A stretch of DNA of 64,000 bases from assembly GCA_964304625.1 (NCBI GenBank), contig OZ199839.1, forward strand, positions 10,713,186 to 10,777,185. Reading direction: 5' to 3'. Shown one piece after another: positions 41,225 to 53,470 of the stretch; the stretch's first letter is position 1; each line of letters starts with the position of its first letter. This DNA is from Kudoa neothunni. Lineage: Eukaryota > Animalia > Cnidaria. The translations under genes were made by a program, and so were the position numbers. Below the pieces are notes generated by a model. It did no database searches, was not told the DNA's origin, and was given only the letters and a program-made list of their open reading frames with translations.

Positions 41225-43879
41225 ACAAATACGTATTTGATTGAACTGTCTAAATGAAATACTCATTTACGGTTTTTTAATCGATTTGATTTTTGGACGG
41301 TTTTGATTTGGTGATGCGCATTAGATAACGCCGCTTTTCTTTCGAATTACAATAGTTTTTGTTTACCGTTCGTTGGCCTGCGATCAGTAGTTATCAGACT
41401 TTTTGAACATTTAGAATTTGAAGATTAAATATTTTTTTATGGCATGGAATTTTTAGATAACAACTTACATACTAAACATATACCTACTGTTTGAATTTTA
41501 TGGAATTCTATAACTGTTAGACGACAGATTTGTTCGAAATGTAGATTAATGATTTGTTGTGGATCTTCTGGACTCATTGTTGTGAGTGCGGGCGAGAATA
41601 ATCAATTTTTTTTGAATATAAGTTAGATTATTTAGGAAATTTTGGAGATGGCATCTGTTTTTTTTTAATTTTTATTTGTTATTTTTGTTTGTGTGAACAA
41701 ATGAAGTTTAATCCTAAATTTCTGAGCATTTCGTGGACCTAAAAGACCCTAGATCTGGATATGTTGTAGTTAAATTTCTGTAGCGTTTTATCGCGGTAAA
41801 TAATCATACCTACGTTTATCTCTTAAAAAATTATCACTTTTTGATATCAAAAATAGTTTTTCACACTTGATCAAATATCAACGAAATGTAAGTGATGTTT
41901 TATACGTTTAATCTAATATTACTACAACTAAATGATATTTATACACTTTATGACTATTAGAGTGTATTAAACTTTTAAGTTTTAATCAATAAAACAATAA
42001 CAAAAATATATTACCAAGATAATATTTAGTTTCCAAAGATTTTTGTCGAAGAAAAATTATGGGAAAAATGTTGATAATGGATAAGGTCCATTTAAATGCT
42101 TCCCCAGCACTTTTAGTTTTATGCATCCTTTGTAAAAAAAAAGGAAATTTTTATATTAAAAATTACATGAAAAAACAAAAAGATTGGTCTACTTTAACAA
42201 GAAAACAAGTACAACTAATAATAAATTAAATTCAATGTTTGACTTTTTTTTCTTGTTTATTTTTTGTTGACTATAATTTAATTCAAACCCAGTTTCTTTA
42301 TTCAATAAAGATATTCATAAATCATAGCTTATAAACCACCTGGATATTAAATATTTTGGTGCAAAAATATCAAATGTAAATGGTCGCGCTTGCGTGGAAT
42401 GTTGGGATTTGTAGATTTTTTACCTTAATTATAAATTTAAAAATTGAATGAATTAATAAAAAATGTTACGAAATATTGCATATTAAGTTTTATTTTGTAT
42501 AAATTTTCGAGTGAAAATTCTTTTTTATTTTATTTTAAGTAGTTAAAAAAAATTTAAACTTAAATTGGATGTTAATTAAAGTTTACCTCAAAATAAATCC
42601 ATTAAAAATTTTCAAAAAGTTCAACTCATTTCAAAAAATTTATTATTTGTTTATTTTTTTTCACGAATACGTGGATATTACAATTATTTTCGACTTGAGA
42701 CGATTTAAGATTTTAACTGACTTGTTTATTTTTGAATAAAAAAAATAAATTACCATTTTTGTTTTGTATACTATTAAATAGGAAAATAATGGTTTTGAAA
42801 CGTTTAATTCTCAATAAAATTCATCAGATGACAATTTTTTCATCGGAATTATTTCAGTTTAGATTACGCACGAATCGGACATGATATACTTTTGAGAGAG
42901 ATTTCGATTACTTAGAATCAAGATATTGCGTACGAAGTATGCTCGGCTGGTAAAATTTTTTCTTTGGTTTAACAGTCGTACAGAGTCGATAATTGTCACC
43001 TTTAAAATAAGTTTGGGGTCATCTTTGACACCAAGATAGAAATAGTAGTTTTTACGAATAAATTACTTCATCAATAACGACAAAAATATTAAAATTTAAA
43101 GAATATAATTATCTAATTATAATTTTGGGATGCATTTTTTCACAAAATATTGGTATATGAGGGTTAAATATAGGTTTCATACGATTTTTAATCCCTAATA
43201 GGTGACCTTGGGCTCCACGAGCCCATCTGAATAGTAAATTGAAACATAATTCATTCAACAAAATTCTTTAACGTTTTTTTACACGTAAATTGTTAAAATT
43301 TTATTTTTACGCCTAGTTGTAATTCTCAATAAATTCGAAATTTTTTTATTTTAAGCCAATATGCAGCTAAAAAAGATTATGACCAATAGCGACGTGCTTT
43401 ATTTTTATTTAAACGTTAATCTCACAATTGCGAATAAGTGTATTTAATGTCAGGTTCGAATTTTCCCAAATCAATTATCTACTGATAACTTATCGATATG
43501 GTTGATTTTATTTCATTTTATTGTGTATTTTCCAAAGAATTCCAGAATATTTTGAAAGATAAACCTAATTGCCGGCAACAATTATTAGTGGACTTATCCC
43601 TCTTCGTTGAATGTGAGCCGCCAGAAGGGAAGAGTTGAGGACCAAAAAAAACCAGATGTTTAACCCGCCTTCAAGCGTTTCTTTTGGGGGTATTAGGGTT
43701 TAAATTCAATCAGAATATCATGTCATTTTACTGAAAATAGCTATATAAATGCTAGGAAAAATGATTTAGTTTATGTCCTGCACACATCATAAGGCGGATC
43801 AAACAAGTACGCAACCTGTGTAACGACATTATATGTAACGATTATTCAATGAAAACATTTACCTGTTTGAGTTTCCCTT

Positions 43880-45850
43880 GACGGTTGAAATTTGGTCTAT
43901 GCCCCCCCTAATCCTCAATAAAATAATGCTTATATTTATTATGAAAACACAAAAAAACGCTAATAAGAGTGGTTTGATTGTAGAATAATTTTTAGAGATT
44001 GCATAAAACCACTCCATAAGTCATGTTGATTTTTTTCTTCTCCATTGGAATTCAACAAGAAAGTCATTAATGCTATCCATATGAACTGTTTCCATCCTCA
44101 TTAAACTGATGATGTTCTATTTCTTGGAGATATTCGGTTTTTTATGGGCACCCCCAATTGCCCTCGATAGTGTTTGGTGTGAGCTCCCAAAAACACTATC
44201 CACATATTCTATACTGTGGTTAAACAATGAGGTGAGTGTAGAAAATATGAAATGTGTCGTGTCATTTGAAACAGTCAGTGGTGATAATGTTGTCTAGCTT
44301 AAAATAGGTTTTTATTGTTTTTATTCGAGTTTCAGCAGTTCTATCAGGGACCACCACTAGAATCATTCTTCTTTGGGGTGTCCTTTTCACACCTCCAAGA
44401 ACCCATGCTCCATTAACATTCCGAGCGTCCTTTGGGGTCCAATGGACCCCACATTTTTTTTTTCTACTAAACAACAAAGAACAACAAAGAAAAATAATTC
44501 AAAACAATCTCAAGAATAAAATAGAATTCTATCGAAAGGGAATCAGAGATAATTTGAAAAAACTATGTGTATGTCAAATACCGATCATTACCGGCGAGTG
44601 AAATGTTGTCATAAAAGTTTCTTAATGTAATATTTTGAATGAAATTAAATCCGATTTTAATGAATTTTATGATAAATTTTGATTATTTACATCATTCCAA
44701 TGCTTCTGAAGATAATAAATGCTATCGAAGTATATACGAAGATAAGGAAGTTGTTAATTGGTTTCCTGAGGAACTTCAAATAACTAAAAGCTTTAAACAG
44801 AATCAACTCCTCAACTGATACATTCCTCATATTTTGTGGAAAGTCTTTTTCTCGATTGTTATTTCAAATACTAACATGTCTGACAGTTATAATTATCAGC
44901 ATTATTAGCAGACTTGGCAAACCAACAGTCATTGGCTTATATTGGAATCCTTGTCTAAATATTAATTTTCAGATCGAAATTATAATCACTCAAATTTCTT
45001 TCTCCGAGTGATGCTGTTGTTTAAGATCTCGAGACAGAAAAGCGAAGAATTTTTTTTATTTGTAGAATAATTTGTAATTAAAGTAATTTAAAAGTTTTTT
45101 GCGTGATATATCGTAATATTAAAAACTAAAATAATATAAATATCACGCATTTGATCTATTTTGAACCAATATGTATTTGGGGTTTTATTGGGCGTGATTA
45201 TTAAGAAATTAATCATATAGGAAACAATTTATGACTTCATTAATGTGGAATGATATATATATATATATATATTTATTTAAAACCATTAAGTTAAAAAAAT
45301 GTGTAGCCCAAAAGAAGGAATATGTAAAGTGGGTTTTCAGGCGCTTGGAAGGTTAACACCATGGCTTTTGTTATGCTTTATTTTACCAAACTTCGACTCC
45401 TCAATTTCCACGATTGTGTTTTCTCTTCCAATTATGATGTCCTCGAATCCTAATCTATCGACCGTCAATTGTTTAAGGTAGTGCGAATATTTTGTGATAG
45501 TTTGAGAAGAGTGACCAGTTATAGTGATCAAGTTACGGGTTTTTACACCCACTAACAAATAATAAGCCAACTCCATGAAATCATTAACTTTAAATTTCAT
45601 ATTTTTGAAGATCGTAAAGTAAAAAATGGAGATTTTTTTCCTGCAAGCCTCTGCAGAACATCGCCAATTTTTGTTGTGGACTGAAAATCTGATTCCATCA
45701 CACTTAATACAACTAACTAGTAGGCTTCCCAAGAACGCCACGTTCAATAAGATAATTAATGGAATTTTTCCCTGCACTGAAAATTTTATCGAATGTCTTT
45801 CTTGGCGCAATCCTTGTGGTGTAATTGTTTGTAAATAGCAACTTAATCCT
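43880..45850 (-). pseudogene. Merlin/ISXO2-like (IS1595-family DDE) transposase remnant, interrupted at 44417-45352
   Basis: Upstream part CIKC..WRCSAEACRKKISIF..IIGRENTIVEIEESKFGKIKHNKSHGVN. After the insertion: GAWVLGGVKRTPQRRMILVVVPDRTAET..IITTDCFK. Outer boundaries are approximate. Confidence 0.85.
44417..45352. mobile_element. piggyBac-like non-autonomous element
   Basis: TTAA duplicated at 44413-44416 and 45353-45356. Termini cattccgagcgt / gcgcttggaagg are 9/12 inverted. Subterminal palindrome ggggtccaatggacccc. Confidence 0.8.
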
Positions 45851-46299
45851 TATATATCTATATCATGTTTGTGACTCGGTAATCCTCATGGTGCAGTAGT
45901 AGGGTTACCGGCGGTAATCAAACGACTAGCTTCGCCGTTAATCTCGATAATGTTATAGGGTTAATTGGGTCCGGACATCAAATGTGATCCGGCATGAGTC
46001 TTGAACCCCTAGTAACTGTCTCCCGGATCTCGAATCGGGAAGTCCTATACTATATTCTACCTGCAGCATTTTGGGTGGTAGCGTCACACAGTAGTGTATG
46101 GATGCAACGCAGAAATTGGGTAGATGAAAACCACTGCATTCCATCCATTTTTCGCTGGACACATTCGAATAGCTCATGCTCATGCATTAAGGGAAAATGA
46201 AAGTTTTCGATCGATCATATAATCAATACTAATTTAATTTGAAGCAAAAATTAATTTGTATACCTTTTGTTATTAAAATAACGTTTTATATTTTGTGTT

Positions 46300-47352
46300 C
46301 TGAAAAAATTGTTCAAACATTGAATCAGCCATTTTAAGTTCGGTGGATATTTTTTAAGCGTTGACAAAATTTTATTTAGAAAGAGTTTTCCAACTTATGC
46401 CAATTAATATAATTACTCATGATTTGATATAATAACTTTATCAATATAATCAGAGTCGTCATCAACCACGTCAAAATCAGGAAAATCTGATGTTGTCAAA
46501 ATTTCAGAACTGTCGACCGTGTTGTTTTCAAAAGTTTCATCAATAGTATTTGTTAATTATAACGATTTCTCCTCTTCAAGCAGCTTAATTATGTCATGTT
46601 TAAATTGATCATCATCAGGAACATCATAGGAATCATCATTTAGTGGATTTTCTGAGGGGGGGGGGGGAAATGATTTCCTAAAGCAGTTAACTATGGTTTC
46701 CGTTTTAATATATTCTCATAATTTGATTGTCAAGTGGATAACATCTAATAAATTAGTTACAATGTAGCTATGATCTTGAAATTCGGTCTGAAGTATGAAT
46801 GACGTAATTAGATTTATTTTGTGCATCATTTTAAAACTTTACCAATTCCATAATCAAATGGCCGAAGCACATTGGTTGTGTTCGAAGAAAAGTAGCAGTG
46901 TTACATTAGACAAATATTTTTTTGATGGGTTAATAAATAGTCGAGAAATAGTAAAATTTTGCCCCTTAGAAATAGTGAGTTCTTTATTCTATTTTTCAAT
47001 AAAAGATACAAAAATGGAACTGGACATTATACCTTTTTTATTATCATGACATTTTATTGGAAAATTTTCCATCGCTTGGAACTTAGCATCTTTACTATAT
47101 GATATGGATTCGTAAAACCTTATAACTTAGAGTTTTTTTGATAATGTAAAGTGGTCGTGCCATTTTTGCGTTAGGTCCATACAGTAAGTTTTCAACCCTA
47201 ATATTTTGTTGAAAACCAATTGTTTATTGACAAATGATCTATTTTATATTGAACTATCTATTTAACCATAAATTTGAATTAATACAAAATAAATATTAAA
47301 CAATTAAATTTTTAAAAATTGCGTTTGAGCCATATTGTGTACGACCCATGTA
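46300..47352 (-). pseudogene. pogo/Tigger (DDE_1) transposase remnant
   Basis: Frameshifted LSNVTLL..NTTNVLRPFDYGI..SFKMMHK resembles the NTTxxLQPxDxGI motif. Terminal tattgtgtacgacccatg belongs to the same TIR family as 1666-1880 and 37087-38343. Confidence 0.6.
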
Positions 47353-47766
47353 CTACTGTAAATGGCACAAATTTATTTTTTTAATATATTTATGCTAGTC
47401 GATACCTTTTGCAAATTTAATATTATTTTATTCAAAAATCAATTATTAGTGTTTATTATTAGAAAATATAAGTGTAACATTATTTTCTTCTCCCATCATA
47501 TCATTCGAGAAATTAAGAAATCAAAAAAATTAGATATTTATTATTTTTAATAGATTTTAACGATACATAATTATGGTTCTTTATAAGAAGTAATTTTTAA
47601 TCTTTTCGTGACAATATTATTCCAATTCATCTATCGAATTAGTTCAAATTTAGTTGAATAAATGAACAAAGTCTTCAAAAATATAAAAAATAAGTTGATA
47701 CAATAATATTTGTGCGAATAACAGCGCATCTCTCATCATATATATTTATACGCATGCGTGTGCATT

Positions 47767-48598
47767 ATGATAATGCGGAAAATCAACTCACTCGGCACGA
47801 TTCTTTCACTCTTAGTAGTGCTAACATGGATAAAAAATTCTACTGCATTTTACTATTATTTGGATCACACTGAAAGATGTTTCGAGGAGGAGCTATCTGA
47901 AACAGTGTTACTTAAAAGTAGGATCAGTTTGATGTTGATATCAACTGCATGAATTATCAAATATAGTTGAATATGCTGTGAAATATCATAGTATTACAAA
48001 TGACAGATATATGACATCGAAAGATGTTGGCGTTCGCATGAAAATAAAACGCAAAAGTGGTGAGATACAAACTGACGTGGTTCTATCCGAATCCTCAGTG
48101 TATAAATTTCGTTCCACCGAATTCGACACCTATCTGTTCTGTTTTGAAACATCAACACAAAACAAACTTCCACAGGATGCATCTCATAAACCTCTAGTAG
48201 GTGTTGAGTAGTTGGTGTAAAGTTGAAAATTACGAGTATTTTAGATGTTAAAATTAAAATTTGAATATGGAGACGATTCGTTTGGATCGGAGCACGACCC
48301 CAGTCGATCACACATCACCAACTTGGAACAAGAACTCAAATGGGTCTCCGATTTGTCGATTCAATTATTACGAGAACAGAAGCGATGTCTGGTTAGTAGC
48401 TTGACCGCTGTGGTTATGTGTGTTATAATTGATTATTTAATCGTTTAGGAAGTATCCAATTTACTGGAAAAATTAAACCGTAGCACAAAATTATACATTG
48501 TCACATTTGTGGTGATACAACTCGCACTGGTGATTGTGGTGGCGTTATGGCAACTACGTCATTTAAAAGCTTTTATTTACGCCAAGAAGCTAGTATAA
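47767..48598 (+). CDS. TMED9: p24 alpha-subfamily cargo receptor (TMED9/TMED4-like), 4 exons
   Basis: Signal peptide, then FYYYLDHTERCFEEEL, GOLD-domain YLFCFET, a coiled coil, a TM helix and WQLRHLKAFIYAKKLV* (dilysine KKLV). Confidence 0.88.
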
Positions 48599-48684
48599 TT
48601 ATTGAAAAATCGGTACCCAAACCGCAACTCAATTCTTAGCTCTTACGTAAATAAAAACAACTCCAAAAAATATTTGTTGGTTTT

Positions 48685-49742
48685 CTACAGAAATTTTGTC
48701 ATTGTTTGTGCATTAGAAAATTTAGATGAAAGCTGTTTTCCCGCTTTATTCATTATATCATGGGAACGCTTGCTTGAGGTTTTTTGTATTTTCATTTCCT
48801 GTTCGTAATTGAACGGCACTCTGCCTCCCACTTTTTCTGTACTCTTCTAGTGGTGGATAATCAATCAAATATTAGCTCCTAAAATTATTGCTAATTAATT
48901 TTACTTTTTCCGCAGTCTTTTTTTTATGTTTCTCTAATAATGACACATCACGTGATTTATTCTAAAGGGATTTAGTTGTGCTCGACAAATCAAAAAAGAG
49001 GAAGTGAATACACATTGTTCCACTAAACGTTCCATTTGTTCATCTTTCGCATCATTTCGATCATCCTGCGCAAATATCAATAAATTTTAGTTAAAAACTG
49101 GGTACAATTGTGAAAAGTTTTTTTGGGGGAGGTTTAATCGGTTGATTTGGAACCTTAGTCCATTCTTCGCGCGCTCTAGCTTCTTCTTCAGTGGACAAAC
49201 AGTTTCCTGAAGATTTCGAGAAGGTTTGAGCGCTAACTCCTAATAAATGATAAAATTTATATTATTTTTGTGGCTGACATCAAACTATATTTATATTACC
49301 GATGGTTTTATTGTATTTGGAAGGCAATTCCATCATCCATTCCTCACGTTGAAGTGCTCTTTTTTGTTTGTTTTGATTGCCTGAGCTACCCTGTTCAATT
49401 TTGAGCATTTTCCTTTTAATTTCTTCTTCTTCTTCTGAATCGCTCTCATTCTAATTTAGAGAGTAGAAAATATCCCGGATTAAATGGAATCAAATTTAAT
49501 CTATTAAAACAACTTTAATATCATCACACTTCATTGGTCCGATCATTTTTTTAGATCTTTCCTTATTCAATTCATCTAATATTGTTTTATTTTTGGAGTA
49601 GATGGTTAAAATAAAATCTACTCTCTAAAAATGCCCTTGATGGCATGGTTGGTCCTTTTGGTTTATTTGTGGTGACATTTTGTTGGGCTTTTTTAAAGGA
49701 GGGAGGTAATGCAGGCCCATACGAGTTACCATTGTTAGTCAT
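48685..49742 (-). CDS. GPALPP1: GPALPP motifs-containing protein 1, multi-exon
   Basis: MTNNGNSYGPALPPSF.., REEWMMELP, EEWTKVP and C-terminal RVPFNYEQEMKI..LSSKFSNAQTMTKFL*. Confidence 0.88.
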
Positions 49743-50063
49743 GCTCGCGCATCATTCGATAGAAATCCCTTTTGAACATTGGGAATTTTTAAATTAAAGG
49801 AAAATATTATACAAAAATCATATTTTCTATTAAACTAAATTCTATTTTATAAATTATTAATAAATTTATTGTGATATAGGGAAAATTGAATATTTTTAAT
49901 TTTTTGCGAGTTTTCAATTATTCGTAATTTTAAGCTAAGACTTAAAACAATAATAGTAGTGATTTATAGTTTCCTGATATGTGAATGAATTAGAATATTT
50001 CTAAATGTGCAAATTAAATGGATATACGAGCGACAAAATAAATACTTTTGTATTAACCTAAGC

Positions 50064-50603
50064 CATGGGTTAACAACGGTGGTAAATTTTAAATGACAGG
50101 GGGTAAATCAAATGACATCAAAATTAGATAGGGGCAATTTTCGCATAATGCGGTTCGTGATTTACTTAAGAATGTCTAAGGAATCATATTTAGGAATATT
50201 AAACTCAATAAGAAGTTGTCAGAAATGCTTCAATTGTTTTTAGGAATGAGTATTTAACAACTATATATAAAGCTACTATCAGTCTCTTTCTTTTTAGTCA
50301 TCGGTTATCTTTTACAGATTTAGCCTAACAATATTATTTAAAGAGGCTACTTTCATAGTAAATAATATTCGAAGTCACTAATTTAGTTTAGAAAAATCCA
50401 AAAAATTAAACCCGTAAACAGCTTTTGAATAGAAGCCTCTAGGATTAAAAACTGTCATTACGCAGACATACATAAATTTTTTGGATTAGAATTTACCGTG
50501 TAAATACTCTCTCCCTTGGCTGAACCATTATAACACTTTAAAGTACACATGAATTTGACTTTCAAGTTAAGGGAGAAATTTGAAAATTTGTTGAGAACCT
50601 CTG
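50064..50603. mobile_element. hAT-type MITE (family of 1-415)
   Basis: TIRs catgggttaacaac / gttgagaacctctg with 8-bp TSD acctaagc / atctaagc. Confidence 0.8.
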
Positions 50604-50869
50604 ATCTAAGCTTTATATTAACAGTTCTTAAACTTGGGCCCGTGAGTGATTTAAAAAAAATCCGAATCCAATTTTATCATCATACATTCATTATATAGGG
50701 GTTTAAGCTTTAACATGTGGCTAAATTTCGAATTTAATCAGGTATAAAGGTCTTATTTATAGTACAGAAAATATTAAAGAATTTACTAATATAATATTTA
50801 TGAAATAAATAAGACATCGGTGACGTTTATAAAATTACAGCCCAAGAAATCGAAACAAGGTTAATGATT

Positions 50870-51557
50870 ATTAACCAGTGTGAAAAAATATAGCAATTCC
50901 ATAATTATAAAAGCCTACCTGACCGACGAAAAAGTCCAGTTTTTAATGAGGATGGCGATTTTTCCACAAAGCTAACCAACGATCAAAAGTTGTTGATTCG
51001 AAGTTGGTTGGACGAAGACGCACCAATTACTCTTATGGCTCACCGCCCCAAATTAATTAACGAATGAGGAGAAAGCGTGAATACGTGTACTATAAACAGA
51101 TACTTGGAACAGTTCCATTATTCATTAAAGATAGTTACAATTGCCCCCAGCAAAGAAATAGTGGGCGTAGTATAAAACAGCACGTCGTGTAAAATCTAAA
51201 ATTTAACTTAAGATTCTTGCGATATAAGATAAAAATTTCATTTTCATTGATGAAGTTAGTTTTAGCGTATCGACACAGACAAAAAAAGGTCGATCCCTTG
51301 CTGATACGTCGGTTTCCGTTCCTGTTAATGACGTTAGAACGAGGAACATATCTGTTATAGCTTCTATGAGTAAATACGGTATGGTATTCTATAAAATAAA
51401 TCGGAGGCCAATGAATGGCGAAAATGTTAAATCATATATTATTGAGTTAGTAGATTGTTGTCAATTGATAATAGTAGATAATCTATGCTTCGATATTTTT
51501 GAGTTGCCTCAACAGGGAAATTATTATGGAGTAAATGTAAATTTATATCATTTTTAG
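50870..51557 (+). pseudogene. IS630/Tc1-like (DDE_3) transposase remnant
   Basis: KLTNDQKLLIRSWLDEDAPITL..TINRYLEQFHYSLKIVT, then FIFIDEVSFSVSTQTKKGRS..RTRNISVIASMSKYGMVFYKI. Has stops and frameshifts and is 3'-truncated. Confidence 0.8.
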
Positions 51558-51968
51558 TTGCCATTACTATTTTACACGTGTACAAAAAATTGAGTTTGTA
51601 ATTAACCTTAAGTTACATCTAGTACTGTGTTAAAGTAATAATGTTTATTTTCATTCAGGCTGAGTCACGTTTAACTTTAGATGTGTACAAATTTTATTTT
51701 TAATCTCTACTTGTTGTAAAAGATCAAATTATTTGTTTTATCAGTTAATGCAGCAAGATCATAAACCGCGCTGTTAATGCTTGACACGGTGTTGTTAAAG
51801 TCGAAAAACCCTATATTTAGATATTTTTAAACGTTAGCGTAATTATGAAAAATTTGAAATATACCCTTACGTTATTGTTTTTTATCAATACTTTTTATTT
51901 ACAGTAGGCAACTGATGATACCTTATACCCTCAGGACCACCAAAAAAATGCGTATTAAACGTTGCAAC

Positions 51969-52804
51969 CAGGACGTCCAAATCTTAGGGTTCTTTGTTTA
52001 TTTACAAAACTTTTAGATTATTGAATTCTTTGAGATTAGTTTATAAATAATACATTTTCGAATTAGAAAAAATAATCATATTTATTTTTTAGTAGTGGAG
52101 AGAATTAAAATTATTCCGAATTCTAAAAAGATATCACGAACACGCTTTTTTCCAATTCTTGAATAATTGTTATTCAATCAATTGTTCTTATTATTCTGGA
52201 TTGTATTTGGGTATTTTAACGCTGTGTTAAAATTTTCTAGTTTTGTTAATAGCATATTTTGAAGTTCTTGGCGTATATTATTTTAAAGTATGTGTTAAAT
52301 TTCAAAAGGAGATTAAAAAAGAGCGTGAGATAATATGTGCTCCAATCAAGATTGGTTAAAAGTAGATTTTAAATATTGGATTGAGCAATATGCCAAGGAC
52401 AGAAATTCCAGCTGCTGCAAATGTTGAACGAATTTATTCATTAATGAACACAGTAAAAACTAAACAAACTAACTCATGAAAGTTTAAAACTATAAAATGT
52501 AAACTTATCGCAAAACAGTCGATCAGAAGAAATAATAATAATAATAAGTGTTCGACGTCGCATCCAACAAATAAACTAATACATGATGTAAACAGCGGCG
52601 TTATGGGACAACCATACCTTGAGCGCTTGGAAAATAGATCAACCTTCCTAACTGATGGTTGTGACGATGATGAAGGCGATTCAATTGAAGACAATAATTA
52701 GAAAACGCGTTTAAAATAAAAATTTTTGTTATTTTAATAATATTATTATGTTTTCTTTGCGACCCTGGGTTTTTTCCGATAGTCTCAATAGACGCCCTGC
52801 CCTG
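51969..52804 (+). mobile_element. hAT deletion derivative retaining a C-terminal dimerisation-domain fragment
   Basis: TSD gttgcaac / gttgtaac; ends caggacgtcca / tagacgccctg(ccctg). IPAAANVERIYSLMNTVKTKQTN at ~52405-52475 resembles the hAT 'VERxFS' motif. Confidence 0.7.
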
Positions 52805-53129
52805 GTTGTAACCGATAATTCGCACTAAAAATGCGTTCCCGGTTAATTTCTTTTTGTGTTTTCTTTATTTTTCAGCATGGGTATTACTTCTTTGATTTAA
52901 AGAGAATGACAAGAAAAAATTATTAAGGTTATTCGGATGAAAAATAATTTGCGATTTTTTGTTCTAATCATATTGATAAAATATCTATCCTTTTACACTG
53001 TGATAAAATTTAGTGAATGGTTGTTAGTTCAAAAAAATTATAAATACTTGTTTATTTCTTATTCATTTTTTTTATATTTTCGCCCTTAAATCTTTATTTA
53101 TGTGCATCTATAACATACTTTAGTTGGTA

Positions 53130-53470
53130 ACTAACATTGTCTTGAAATAAAATTTATTCTATTTTCGTTTTCATGGAAATAATCATTCTTGGATAGATAT
53201 CTCAAAAATTTTTTCAATTCGTTCAAAAATTCAGCCACCAAAATTTTAATTTCCCTCGTTTCCAACAAAAACAATTTAATTTACGCTGTTAGACCGAAAA
53301 AGAGCTTGTTATATGCTAGTCACGTGATATAACAGATTGGTAAATTATTAGTTTAATTTAAAACACTTTTAATACTTTTATCTTTTTACAATCACAAAAA
53401 TATTATAAAATTTTTGACCTAATATAAACCTTGAATACGTCGTATCGATGGAAGTACGTATTATCGGTTG
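53130..53470. repeat. Copy of the 33565-33925 MITE
   Basis: Colinear similarity over ~320 nt. Confidence 0.75.

Noticed and set aside
52434-52825. Minus-strand ORFs suggesting a captured gene in the hAT composite
   Set aside because: They are the antisense of a hAT dimerisation-domain remnant and element end, not cargo.
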